This document shows positions 15,789 through 24,251 of a stretch of DNA of 45,043 bases, piece after piece. The notes beneath the pieces were generated by a model. The model did no database searches. It was not told where the DNA came from and saw only the letters and a list, made by a program, of their open reading frames with translations. The first letter of the stretch is position 1, and every line of letters starts with the position of its first letter. The position numbers and the translations under genes are program-made. Source of the DNA: a virus; IMG/VR virus record IMGVR_UViG_3300028549_000749, positions 1 through 45,043 of that record; one strand, 5' to 3'.

Positions 15789-16775
15789 TTATGCGAACAA
15801 ATCAAGCTGGCTTGGCCCATCTAAAGTTTTGATGTTTTTGATTGCCTGCCTGAAATAGCTTTCCTTTAACTCAATCCCAAGGCCCATCCTGCCAAGTTCA
15901 ACCGCCGAATAAACCTCGCTGCCGATGCCCATAAACGGGGTTAAGACTGTTTCCCCTGGATTGCTCCATAGTTGGATAGCCCGTCTTGACACATCCAGAG
16001 AAAGCGGGCAGATATGCTTCTCATCTTCGCTTGATCTTGCCGACATGTACTGGAGAGTGTTTGTCATTTTTATGTCCATCCATACCGGACTGGCATACCT
16101 TCTCCATCGCTCATGCGGTAATATCTTCTTTTTAGGGGGATTAATCTCTCTTGCGATGGCTCCCCATTGGCTGTCATTGTCCATATCTCCCACATCATCG
16201 GCAGGCTCATTCTCCCCGTAAAACTCTGTCAATCCTTCTGGGTGGGAAACAACTTCATCATTCCCCCCTGGCTTGCGAAACCCAAGGAGATAATCAGGGA
16301 TGCCTGCCCTGGACATGGTAGAGTCTTTGCAAAGCTGTTTGTGCATCAATCCAAGGGCCTTTGTTCTTACCGCTTCCAGGAGGGGATCTTTCCATATGCA
16401 ATGTTCAGAATGGAAAATAAAACCGTGCTTTTGAAACAGCCTAATCAGATCCCCTCTGAAATCTTTAAGGCCGATATACCCGTCCCGCTCCTTCATGGCC
16501 GGGATATTCATGCAGTGACATGCTGATATCCTGCCTGGTTTGGTGGTTCGGAATATTTCAGCCACAATATATCCCAGGTGATCATAAAATTCCTCGGGGC
16601 TTTTGCAGTTTCCGAGATCCCGATCCGAGTTTGAATATGTGTATAACGAATTAAAAGGCACAGAATATACAGACAAATCAATCGAATTGTCTGGGAAGTT
16701 CTTCATGACATCCGTTGAATCGCCATTGTACAGTGCATACCTGTCAGTAACTACATGGTCAATAACTCCATTCAT
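15789..16775 (-). CDS. DNA methyltransferase (N6_N4_Mtase-type, beta class)
   Basis: Motif IV-like DLSVYSVPF precedes motif I TPFMGIGSEVYSAVELGR. The start was set at the ATG with the RBS aaggagaataattATG just after the helicase stop. Confidence 0.75.
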   Translation of the reverse strand: MNGVIDHVVTDRYALYNGDSTDVMKNFPDNSIDLSVYSVPFNSLYTYSNSDRDLGNCKSPEEFYDHLGYIVAEIFRTTKPGRISACHCMNIPAMKERDGYIGLKDFRGDLIRLFQKHGFIFHSEHCIWKDPLLEAVRTKALGLMHKQLCKDSTMSRAGIPDYLLGFRKPGGNDEVVSHPEGLTEFYGENEPADDVGDMDNDSQWGAIAREINPPKKKILPHERWRRYASPVWMDIKMTNTLQYMSARSSEDEKHICPLSLDVSRRAIQLWSNPGETVLTPFMGIGSEVYSAVELGRMGLGIELKESYFRQAIKNIKTLDGPSQLDLFA

Positions 16776-16777
16776 AA

Positions 16778-18163
16778 TTATTCTCCTTTTACCCATGAAG
16801 GCAATTTGATTTGTTTTTTTGCGTTGTATTCGGACGTTTGCCGGATTGTTTTCGTGATCTCTTCTTTGGTAAAATCAGCCATTTGTTTGATCATTTCAAT
16901 TGACATGACCTCGGCCTGTTCGTGTTTCCGCTGAATATTCTCGACTATGGGCCTTTCCATATCGGTTACGATTATGTGGACGTTTACCGGGTGTTTTTGC
17001 CCGTATCTCCAGCATCGCCTTATTGCCTGATATAAAGCCTCGTATGAGTGAGACAAACCAAAAAAAATCATGTTGTGGCAATGCTGTAGATTCAATCCGA
17101 ACCCAAATATTTTAACTTTGCTGATCAAGGTTTGGCTGTCTCCGCTGATAAAATTTGCGATAGATTGCTCTTTGTGTAACGGTTTGTCAGACCCTTTAAC
17201 TTCCACTGAATTGGGGACCATTTTTTTAAGATAAAATGATTCATCGTTGAGATCACACCATATCAACCATTGTTCATCATTGATTATTTCAAGCACCTTT
17301 TTTATCCGGGCCTTTATTGATTCCCGCCTAACGACCCTTTGTTGATCCAGGCCAATAGCCGGGGCTTTAAAAAGTTCTCCGTCTGCCGGTTCTCCATACT
17401 CAACAAAATGGTAGTTCATGTTGAGTTGTGGAAGTTCAAACCCTTCATCACAGAACCCGATATCTGAAGGTTTTTTCATCATCAAGGCCCATGATGACAT
17501 CCATTTCCAGAATGCCTTGGGAGCATGGCCCTTCAATCTCCACTTTGATGTTTCCCCTCCGTCATGAACAAAGTAGGTTGCCAGCATTTCATTCCTTGAC
17601 ATAACCCCCAGGAATTCAGCATGGTTCCCTATTTCCATCATGTCATTTGGTGCTGGCGTTGCCGTGCAAGCCAATTTGTATGGAGTGCCGTTAAAAAATG
17701 ACACAATGTCGTTTCTTATCTTTCCCGCAAAATTTTTCAGGATTCCGGATTCATCCAGGACAACCCCATCAAATGTTGAACAATTGAAATGATTCAATAT
17801 CTCATAATTCGTTATATTGATCCCTTTCTTTACCGCTGAATCATCCCGTGCAATGTTCACGTCAAACCCAAATTTCACGCCCTCTTTTTGAGTTTGTGAA
17901 ACAACCGATAGCGGAGCAAGGATCAATACAGATCCGTTTGTTTTCCGGCAAACCGAATCAGCCCAGGCCAATTGTTCAAGAGATTTTCCTAGACCGCAAT
18001 CTTGGAAGATTGCAGCCCGGCCTTTTTCACAGGCCCATTCAATGACCGGCTTTTGGTAATGAAACACCCTTGACAGATCGGCCAGACATTTGTGACCGTG
18101 GCTGTGGTTTATGGTGCTTTTGTTTTGGAGAAATTGGTTATATTCCATCTGGTTTGTTTTCAT
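16778..18163 (-). CDS. SNF2/DEAD-like superfamily 2 helicase
   Basis: Motif I DCGLGKS, motif II VLDESG, motif VI QAIRRCWRYGQ. Confidence 0.8.
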   Translation of the reverse strand: MKTNQMEYNQFLQNKSTINHSHGHKCLADLSRVFHYQKPVIEWACEKGRAAIFQDCGLGKSLEQLAWADSVCRKTNGSVLILAPLSVVSQTQKEGVKFGFDVNIARDDSAVKKGINITNYEILNHFNCSTFDGVVLDESGILKNFAGKIRNDIVSFFNGTPYKLACTATPAPNDMMEIGNHAEFLGVMSRNEMLATYFVHDGGETSKWRLKGHAPKAFWKWMSSWALMMKKPSDIGFCDEGFELPQLNMNYHFVEYGEPADGELFKAPAIGLDQQRVVRRESIKARIKKVLEIINDEQWLIWCDLNDESFYLKKMVPNSVEVKGSDKPLHKEQSIANFISGDSQTLISKVKIFGFGLNLQHCHNMIFFGLSHSYEALYQAIRRCWRYGQKHPVNVHIIVTDMERPIVENIQRKHEQAEVMSIEMIKQMADFTKEEITKTIRQTSEYNAKKQIKLPSWVKGE

Positions 18164-18184
18164 GGGGTTCCTTGTTATGTAAAA

Positions 18185-18436
18185 CTACATCTTTTCCAAA
18201 AAACTCAATTTCACAATGCCCTTTTCGTACCCATTGCGTACGCTGCTATCTTTCACTTTAGTGGGGTCTCTGCGTAAATGTGAAAACGAGAATACAAATG
18301 AAGGCTCGGAAGGCTCTGTCATCTCACGAGCAAAATCCTCTATCAGTATAGACCCATCTTTTATTTTTTCAGCGATCCTTATCAGTTCTTCAGAAACTTT
18401 TAGATAGTAGTCTGTTTCTTTAAATTGTAAAGCCAT
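18185..18436 (-). CDS. Hypothetical protein (83 aa)
   Basis: RBS aaggagaaccaccATG. Confidence 0.6.
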   Translation of the reverse strand: MALQFKETDYYLKVSEELIRIAEKIKDGSILIEDFAREMTEPSEPSFVFSFSHLRRDPTKVKDSSVRNGYEKGIVKLSFLEKM

Positions 18437-18452
18437 GGTGGTTCTCCTTGTT

Positions 18453-19163
18453 TTATTCTTCTATCTTATTGATCTCTTCAAGACATGCCTGTAAATGCCG
18501 CTTGGTGTAAAGTTTGTCAAGCTTGGCTTTGCGGTCTTCATATTCCATTCCAAGCTCAATCAAATCAGTGTTCACTCTTTGCATATCTGCGATGGCTTTT
18601 ATCATTGGGGCGGGCATATGATCCCTGAATCTTTCTTTGCTGTCAATGCCATGAACTTCGCACCATTGCTTTTTTGTGGCTCCGAGAACAATTTTATAAA
18701 TCAAAGTGTGTTCATTGGAATAATGGAAAGGCTTTGTGTTTTTTCCTGCTTCCGTTCTTATATTAAGCAAGGCTTGGGCCATCGGTCTGCATTCAAGTTT
18801 TGCTTCATCATCTGATTTTTTGCGCTCATGCTCGGAAATTATGAACGCTTCCATTTTGTTGAATGCTTCAATAAAATCAACTTTCCATACGGCAGCCTTA
18901 GCCCCAGTAAACCCCATTGCAAGAAAAGACATTCCATCTCTTGTTAAAAGGTAATGTGGCCTTCTTTGATTGTTCTTGTCTGTGTATTCGCCCAGCGTAA
19001 AATTGCGCTCGGCAAAACCAATTGGACAATCAAGATTTCTTATAGATCTCAAAACTTCTTTGTGATCTTTTTCAAATTTGTTTGCTATTTGGATTGATGA
19101 CACACGGATATTTCCGTTAACTGAGAACTCAATTCCATCAATAACACTTGGCACGTTTTTCAT
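18453..19163 (-). CDS. rha: Rha-family phage regulatory protein (copy 2)
   Basis: IRVSSIQIANKFEKDHKEVLRSIRNL...HYLLTRDGMSFLAMGFTGAKAAVWKVDFIEAFNKME. ATGA overlap with the RHH gene. Confidence 0.8.
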   Translation of the reverse strand: MKNVPSVIDGIEFSVNGNIRVSSIQIANKFEKDHKEVLRSIRNLDCPIGFAERNFTLGEYTDKNNQRRPHYLLTRDGMSFLAMGFTGAKAAVWKVDFIEAFNKMEAFIISEHERKKSDDEAKLECRPMAQALLNIRTEAGKNTKPFHYSNEHTLIYKIVLGATKKQWCEVHGIDSKERFRDHMPAPMIKAIADMQRVNTDLIELGMEYEDRKAKLDKLYTKRHLQACLEEINKIEE

Positions 19164-19318
19164 TTAGTTTCCTTTTTTGGCAATTCGTACTGGTTGATAA
19201 ATTTCCTGATAACTTCAGATGATGTTTCCATCTCAACCTCAGCTATCTCCTTTAGTTTTTCGATTTGGTCTTGTCTCAATCTGAGAGTGAACCTTTTTAC
19301 TTTCTGATAAGTTTCCAT
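19160..19318 (-). CDS. Ribbon-helix-helix protein (52 aa) upstream of Rha copy 2
   Basis: METYQKVKRFTLRLRQDQIEKLKEIAEVEMETSSEVIRKFI. Trimmed to M13 because the -35 box of the promoter covers the longer ORF start. Confidence 0.6.
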   Translation of the reverse strand: METYQKVKRFTLRLRQDQIEKLKEIAEVEMETSSEVIRKFINQYELPKKETK

Positions 19319-19325
19319 GGTTTTT

Positions 19326-19354
19326 ATTCTATCCCTTGTTGTAACATATGTCAA
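19326..19354 (-). promoter_or_regulatory. Strong promoter giving a (near-)leaderless RHH-Rha transcript
   Basis: Minus strand TTGACA-N17-TAGAAT, then 7 nt (aaaaacc), then the ATG at 19318. Confidence 0.6.
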
Positions 19355-19381
19355 GTTATTTGTTGGAATGGGATTTGTTTA

Positions 19382-19407
19382 TTAAGGGCCTACGGGTAGA
19401 CCCTTAA
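19382..19407. other. Hairpin separating the MazG-like gene from the next promoter
   Basis: ttaaggg-N12-cccttaa with a poor U-tract, so terminator function is uncertain. Confidence 0.3.
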
Positions 19408-19413
19408 ATGGTT

Positions 19414-19761
19414 TTATTTGGGGAGATTTATCAGCAGCCTCAAACACATAGCCCCAGTCTGAATAACCTCCTTTTTCAGATCATCCAGGCAAGCTCCCTC
19501 TTTGTATTCGATCCGCAGGGCCTCACGGATGCTTTCCCCTGCCTCTTCCATCATGATCGCGGTTTGATGGACGATATCAGTGGGCCAATGGGGGTGCTGT
19601 TTGCAGGCTGAATAGTATTCATCGACAATTTGGCTCATGGCGGTATCAAGGCTTTTTGTCTCTTCCGTTTCATGGTCTGTGTTCTCCATGGTACAGCACA
19701 TATCTTTGATCAATTGTTTAAAAAGATTATCTATTTCTGCAAATGTTTTTCTCTGGATCAT
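19414..19761 (-). CDS. Possible MazG-like NTP pyrophosphohydrolase fold protein
   Basis: The AIMMEEAGESIREAL (EExGE) ... KKEVIQTGAMCLRLL pattern suggests this fold. Tentative. Confidence 0.35.
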   Translation of the reverse strand: MIQRKTFAEIDNLFKQLIKDMCCTMENTDHETEETKSLDTAMSQIVDEYYSACKQHPHWPTDIVHQTAIMMEEAGESIREALRIEYKEGACLDDLKKEVIQTGAMCLRLLINLPK

Positions 19762-20072
19762 TTTGTTTCCTTTGAGTTTATGTATTTTTTAATGTCAAGG
19801 TCACACCGATCAATCTTTGATACCCATCCGTGTTTTGCATGGCACGAAAAACATGCCGGTTTTAAATTATCAATCTCATCTTTTCCTCCTTGCGAAGTAT
19901 GTTTCAAATGATGTGCATGGAGTTGGCAGTCAAGGGCGTGGTCTCCCGGGGGAAATATCATCAAGCAGTATTGGCATTGGTAATTATAATTTTCAAACAC
20001 CTGTTGGACAAGTTCCCGACTGAGCTTTCGCCTTTCTTTTATTCTCTTTTCTGGCTTGGGTTGAGGGTTCAT
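19758..20072 (-). CDS. HNH endonuclease
   Basis: CQYC...HAHHLKHTSQGGKDEIDNLKPACFSCHAKH. The start was set at the ATG in ATGA overlap with the upstream Zn-ribbon ORF. Confidence 0.75.
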   Translation of the reverse strand: MNPQPKPEKRIKERRKLSRELVQQVFENYNYQCQYCLMIFPPGDHALDCQLHAHHLKHTSQGGKDEIDNLKPACFSCHAKHGWVSKIDRCDLDIKKYINSKETK

Positions 20073-20239
20073 TCTTTGCGCTCCAACACGGTGATCTTTG
20101 CTCCGCAGTAGTAGCAATGTACCAGCAGAGTATCAAAAGGGTTGTAATATGTTTCCTCTGTTTCCCCACAAACAGGGCAATTAAACTTCCATGTTTTTTC
20201 TTCATTGAACTCAGACAAATACAATGTTGGTTCTGCCAT
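20069..20239 (-). CDS. Zn-ribbon protein (56 aa)
   Basis: Not in the track. MAEPTLYLSEFNEEKTWKFNCPVCGETEETYYNPFDTLLVHCYYCGAKITVLERKE. RBS gaggcgataaaATG. Confidence 0.55.
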   Translation of the reverse strand: MAEPTLYLSEFNEEKTWKFNCPVCGETEETYYNPFDTLLVHCYYCGAKITVLERKE

Positions 20240-20248
20240 TTTATCGCC

Positions 20249-20728
20249 TCACGCGTATTTTAGAAGATCCTTGCCAAAGTTATCTGGGTCGGTCAAATTG
20301 ACCCCCTCCCGTGTCCACTTGCGTTGCATTTCCGTGAGCATCCTTGCCCGTTGCTTCCGGGTTAATCTCTCTGTGCTGATGTAGTCCTTGCAGAAGATTT
20401 TGCAGGCTTCGGACATAACAAGGGAACCTTCTATCGCATTTCTGAAAGCCCCATACAAAATACCGAAAACTTCGTCTTCTTCTTTCAGTATCGGCAGGCA
20501 GAATTCCCATTTTTGTTCAAGGTGGACTTCTTCCACGGTGTCATGACGGCCTATTCCTGATTCACTTATCTCCTTAACCCATAGCCAATAGAGTCTGCGC
20601 TGGGCCGCTGTTCCGCTTTTATCCACCTTCTTGATTTGCACAACCATAGAGCCGTCAACTTCCAGGAGATTAATAGTATCTATGGCTTCCTGTTGCCGAG
20701 CTTTTGAGTTGAGTATTATTTCCTTCAT
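20249..20728 (-). CDS. ninB: NinB/Orf-like recombination protein
   Basis: MKEIILNSKARQQEAIDTI...AAQRRLYWLWVKEIS parallels lambda NinB (HQQNAIHAV...LDQNRKLWACLGDVS). ATGA overlap with the upstream gene. Confidence 0.5.
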   Translation of the reverse strand: MKEIILNSKARQQEAIDTINLLEVDGSMVVQIKKVDKSGTAAQRRLYWLWVKEISESGIGRHDTVEEVHLEQKWEFCLPILKEEDEVFGILYGAFRNAIEGSLVMSEACKIFCKDYISTERLTRKQRARMLTEMQRKWTREGVNLTDPDNFGKDLLKYA

Positions 20729-20922
20729 GGTTTTTTTCCAAGACCCAAAGGACACCATTCTGGAGTTCTCTCAAAATATCGGATTTTCCAACAAATTATT
20801 TTGTCATCGAATCCACGACCATTGTCTTTGTGGTTACAATATTCCCAATGCTCGGAATTAAAGTCCCATATTTTTCTGTAAATACAATCTTTGCAACTTG
20901 TTATTTCAATTTCTATTTTCAT
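20725..20922 (-). CDS. Cys-rich small protein (65 aa)
   Basis: CKDC...C...C...WCP. Translationally coupled to ninB. Confidence 0.55.
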   Translation of the reverse strand: MKIEIEITSCKDCIYRKIWDFNSEHWEYCNHKDNGRGFDDKIICWKIRYFERTPEWCPLGLGKKP

Positions 20923-20933
20923 GGTTGTTCTCC

Positions 20934-21671
20934 TTAAACTTCAATCTTTAAGCAATCGTCAATTACGTGACTCTGGCCGTGTAGTTCTGCGAAAATCATA
21001 ACCTTTGATTTAACATCCTGGTAAATATCCTTGTAAAACAGCTTTTTGTTCATGCCGACTCTAAGGCCCCTATCGATTATCTGTTCTGCGGAACTTACTG
21101 TCATGAGTTGTTGGGTTGACATCACCTCCCGCAAGTTTTTATATTTTCCCTCAACTATAAATAAAAGTCCGTTCATCATCTTGGTTATAGACGTGTAATA
21201 CCTGTGGGCATTATTGCTGCCCTGTGATTCTGCATATTCAACAAATCTTTGCATTTCATCTGTTGTTTGTTTTCTTACGAGTTTTCCGGCATCCCTGGTT
21301 ATTTGGTATGACGGGTTGTGTTTGTGTTCTCTAAGTGCAGATAAGCTTTTTTTAATATGAACAAAATCATTAGCAAGTCTTTCCTTGAAATCCAAAACAA
21401 GATCAGTGTTTCTAAAAATAGACCCAAGGAAAATAGTTTGCTGTTCATTTAGGAGGTATTCCTCAACTGGCCTTCCTGCTGTTTTTGAAGGAACCTTATG
21501 AATAATAAACCGTTCCAGGAACGACTTATTATTCTCCAGCCTGAAAAACCTTTCCTTGTATTTATTTATCAATCTCAAAACTTCGTTGTGTTCTCTGTTG
21601 AATCCTTGAGATATTAGAAAGGTTCCTGCTCTTGGTTCATCATCGTGAAGATTTACAATTTCATTTACCAT
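20934..21671 (-). CDS. Rha-like regulatory protein (copy 3, divergent C-terminus)
   Basis: TFLISQGFNREHNEVLRLINKY...GRPVEEYLLNEQQTIFLGSIFRNTDLVLDFKERLANDF fits the Phage_pRha pattern. Confidence 0.55.
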   Translation of the reverse strand: MVNEIVNLHDDEPRAGTFLISQGFNREHNEVLRLINKYKERFFRLENNKSFLERFIIHKVPSKTAGRPVEEYLLNEQQTIFLGSIFRNTDLVLDFKERLANDFVHIKKSLSALREHKHNPSYQITRDAGKLVRKQTTDEMQRFVEYAESQGSNNAHRYYTSITKMMNGLLFIVEGKYKNLREVMSTQQLMTVSSAEQIIDRGLRVGMNKKLFYKDIYQDVKSKVMIFAELHGQSHVIDDCLKIEV

Positions 21672-21682
21672 TTTATATCCTT

Positions 21683-21734
21683 TTTGACAATTAATATTAA
21701 ACGGATTATAGCTTGTTTAATATTAATTGTCAAA
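21683..21734. repeat. 20-bp perfect inverted repeat (operator-like) enclosing a promoter
   Basis: tttgacaattaatattaaac (21683-21702) / gtttaatattaattgtcaaa (21715-21734) with a 12-nt spacer. A further AATATT-rich palindrome, caatattaatattg, lies at 21743-56. Confidence 0.8.
21705..21733 (-). promoter_or_regulatory. Perfect-consensus sigma70 promoter for the Rha-like gene and downstream early genes
   Basis: Minus strand TTGACA (21733-28)-N17-TATAAT (21710-05). Confidence 0.7.
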
Positions 21735-21759
21735 CAATATTTCAATATTAATATTGTTT

Positions 21760-22374
21760 TTAATTCCGATACCGGTCAACCATAATCTTGAGGTCAAACA
21801 AAAATTCCATGATCTCTGTTTTGATGGTGTCAATTAAAACCTCGTCCCTGCCTATTTCCAGGATAAGAGGCCGAACGTCCGGGTTAAAACTCATGAAATA
21901 CCAGCTATCGTAATCCGTGCAGGCCAAACTTGCCTGGACCTGGATCTTGTAAGCCGTCGGGAGCTTGTTTTCTTCCAGGTATTCCAGGTGGGTTGATAAC
22001 ATTGGCGCCTTTATCTCCAGGCCCTTCTTTTGACCGATAATAAGGCCGTCCGGGCTTATGTGCCAGAGTTTCATTTCGTCCGGGTAGATTAAGCCTACCT
22101 CTTCAACTTTCAACCCGGTTTCAAACTGGAAACTTGCCCGTGCCTTTGGTTCAAGTTCTGTTCCCCGATCCATGGCCGGAGTGGCTCTGAACTCCTTTTT
22201 TGAGCCTTGGATAACCTCTGCGGCAAACTCATAGAGAAACTTTTTACGGGTGGCAGGGGCTACTTTCTTGCCCGTGGACGTTACCAGCCTTTCTACGCTT
22301 GTGGCACCGAGATTGCCTACTCTTGCGGCGTTCCATTCTGGAGATCCTTGCTTAATATCTCTTTCGGTTATCAT
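21760..22374 (-). CDS. YqaJ-type (lambda Exo-like) recombination exonuclease
   Basis: The GSPEWNAARVGNLGATSVERL motif. ATGA overlap with the annealase gene. Confidence 0.7.
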   Translation of the reverse strand: MITERDIKQGSPEWNAARVGNLGATSVERLVTSTGKKVAPATRKKFLYEFAAEVIQGSKKEFRATPAMDRGTELEPKARASFQFETGLKVEEVGLIYPDEMKLWHISPDGLIIGQKKGLEIKAPMLSTHLEYLEENKLPTAYKIQVQASLACTDYDSWYFMSFNPDVRPLILEIGRDEVLIDTIKTEIMEFLFDLKIMVDRYRN

Positions 22375-22997
22375 TTTACAACCCCTGAAAAACCTTTGTC
22401 GGCTATTCTTTTCAGTTCAGCCATGACAACTCCCACCCGTGCCGTGGGGATCTCCGAAACGGCTGCCACCCCCAAATATTTAAGATAATCGGCATGGTCA
22501 ACCCTGGCTGCCGTCATCATCTTTTCGATTGACTCGATCATTTTTTCATCAATCGGCTTGGGTCCTGCAACCTGTTCTTTGAGAAAATCAGGGTCATCTT
22601 TGGTGGTCGGCACATTAAAGAATTTCAGCAAGAAATAACGCTCTGAATATGTAAGAGCAGAGCCTCCGGCCATGGCCGGATCACTTGAATTTGACCCAAA
22701 TGCGAACCAGGGCGTGCAAAAAATCTCTTCTGTTTCAGCATCGTGGAAAGTCATTTCCATTCTAAGCGACACGCAAAAGTCAACGGCATCGGGCTTGTTT
22801 TTTGTGGGGTTCTTCTCTCTTGTCAGGCTTGAATCTACGATATTTGGAACAAGCAAAACTTGAAGCTCGTTCATTTTCTCCGTTGCCTTTGCCAGGAGTA
22901 ATGCCGGATCAACATATTGACAATGATCTCCCTTTTCTGTCTTTCTCAAAATCCCAATGCTTTTTCTTATCTCGACTAATTTTTGTTTCAGGTTCAT
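22371..22997 (-). CDS. erf: ERF-family single-strand annealing protein
   Basis: Y-V-D at the N-terminus and AGGSALTYSERYFLLKFFNV (the GSA.TY.RRY-like motif). Partnered with the exonuclease. Confidence 0.6.
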   Translation of the reverse strand: MNLKQKLVEIRKSIGILRKTEKGDHCQYVDPALLLAKATEKMNELQVLLVPNIVDSSLTREKNPTKNKPDAVDFCVSLRMEMTFHDAETEEIFCTPWFAFGSNSSDPAMAGGSALTYSERYFLLKFFNVPTTKDDPDFLKEQVAGPKPIDEKMIESIEKMMTAARVDHADYLKYLGVAAVSEIPTARVGVVMAELKRIADKGFSGVVK

Positions 22998-23013
22998 GGT
23001 TTCTCCTTTAAAA

Positions 23014-23244
23014 TTATTTGAGTGAGTATTTGCCTATTGTGGCCATAATTTTTCTGCCCTCATCTGTAAGGATTTCAGAGTCTGTCACGGCTTGTAACTG
23101 AAAACAAAATGGGCTATTCCATTTTGAAGTTATTGCAGCCAATTCATTAAAAAACTCTGCCTGGCCGTCTTCGCATAAATCAGAAAATCCCTGGGCTATC
23201 TCTTTGGGTGTCAATTTTATTTCTATCGGAATCGTTCTTTTCAT
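23014..23244 (-). CDS. Hypothetical protein (76 aa)
   Basis: RBS aaggagaaaccATG. Confidence 0.6.
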   Translation of the reverse strand: MKRTIPIEIKLTPKEIAQGFSDLCEDGQAEFFNELAAITSKWNSPFCFQLQAVTDSEILTDEGRKIMATIGKYSLK

Positions 23245-23286
23245 GGTTTCTCCTTTTTACCCAGGTTGTGAGCCGGGGCTTATTGG

Positions 23287-23541
23287 TTATCTGTAATATT
23301 TATTGTTCCCGGCATCGTATATTTCTTGCTCTTCGATGCAATCACGTAGCCAAGGAGTGTCGTATGTGTCGGCAAGCTCCACTATCAAATCATCTTGAGT
23401 AACCTTTATCCCATGGATAAAAAAGTCAACAATTTCAAATGTTTTAGGATCATAAGAAACCTTTACGATGCTCCAGTCTGCAACTACATCAATTATCTTG
23501 TTTCCCTCATGCTCGGTTGCGTCTGCTTTTAATCTTTCCAT
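23287..23541 (-). CDS. Hypothetical protein (84 aa), first gene of the leftward early operon
   Basis: RBS taaggagaacaccATG. Confidence 0.6.
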   Translation of the reverse strand: MERLKADATEHEGNKIIDVVADWSIVKVSYDPKTFEIVDFFIHGIKVTQDDLIVELADTYDTPWLRDCIEEQEIYDAGNNKYYR

Positions 23542-23663
23542 GGTGTTCTCCTTATTAAACTCGTTTTCGTTTTCGTTCGGTTATTGTCAGAGCTGAATGG
23601 ATACTTGTCTCATCGACCCTTTATGGTGTCTGTGTGTTCCTGTCATCCTTGAGCTTTGAAGCT

Positions 23664-23691
23664 ATAATATCATATCTGTGATACAAGTCAA
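23664..23691 (-). promoter_or_regulatory. Candidate leftward early promoter
   Basis: Minus strand TTGACT-N16-TATTAT. About 115-nt leader. Confidence 0.45.
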
Positions 23692-23727
23692 GGAATATCT
23701 TTTAGTATCTCAAACTATTTTTTAGTA

Positions 23728-23756
23728 TTGACATTGTGCATTTTTTGAGATAGTAT
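23728..23756 (+). promoter_or_regulatory. Candidate rightward early promoter
   Basis: TTGACA-N17-TAGTAT, 35 nt upstream of the ATG at 23792. Confidence 0.6.
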
Positions 23757-23791
23757 CTTTCCAGAACTTAACCATAACAAAAGGATAAAAC

Positions 23792-23998
23792 ATGGAAGAC
23801 AAGAACATGACAAGAATTGAATTTGCAGCATACCTTAATATTGACAAACAGACGGTTGACCGGGCAATTAAGGCCGGGATGCCAGCGTACAAACTTGGGG
23901 GGTCTGTCCGTATCCCTCTTAATAAGGCAATTACGTGGATGAGCGAACGGGCAAGAAGCGGAGGCAAAAAGGAGGTTGAATCAAGTGAAATATTATAA
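23792..23998 (+). CDS. Excisionase/AlpA-type (HTH_17-like) DNA-binding protein
   Basis: MTRIEFAAYLNIDKQTVDRAIKAGMPAYKLGGSVRIPLNKAITWM. Confidence 0.6.
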   Translation: MEDKNMTRIEFAAYLNIDKQTVDRAIKAGMPAYKLGGSVRIPLNKAITWMSERARSGGKKEVESSEIL

Positions 23999-24251
23999 TC
24001 GAAAGACCGGGGCGCCCCTGGCAGCAGTGCAGTATACAGGCCCAAAGTCCATAGCAATGATTGAGAATGAACTTTGCTGTAATGTGGTAGAGATAGCCCC
24101 TGGGGTTATAACGGCAGACTGGACGAGGATAGAGCGTGGACAATATGCCGTTGTGGCATTATGCGCAATCGTGGCAATGGACCAGGAAACTTTCAACCGG
24201 CGGTTTACAAAAAACGAACTTGAGCTTGATATTTTCGAAGAGGCGCTATGA
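23985..24251 (+). CDS. Hypothetical protein (88 aa)
   Basis: The track start (TTG at 23976) abuts the SD. The GTG at 23985 is 9 nt after aaggagg. Confidence 0.55.
   Translation: MKYYNRKTGAPLAAVQYTGPKSIAMIENELCCNVVEIAPGVITADWTRIERGQYAVVALCAIVAMDQETFNRRFTKNELELDIFEEAL

Noticed and set aside
23542-23700. Long untranslated region upstream of the leftward early operon, checked for a tRNA or ncRNA
   Set aside because: I could not see a cloverleaf, a T-loop (GTTCRA) or a stable conserved-looking fold. It contains only a short cgaaaacgaaaacga repeat and is most simply a 5' UTR.
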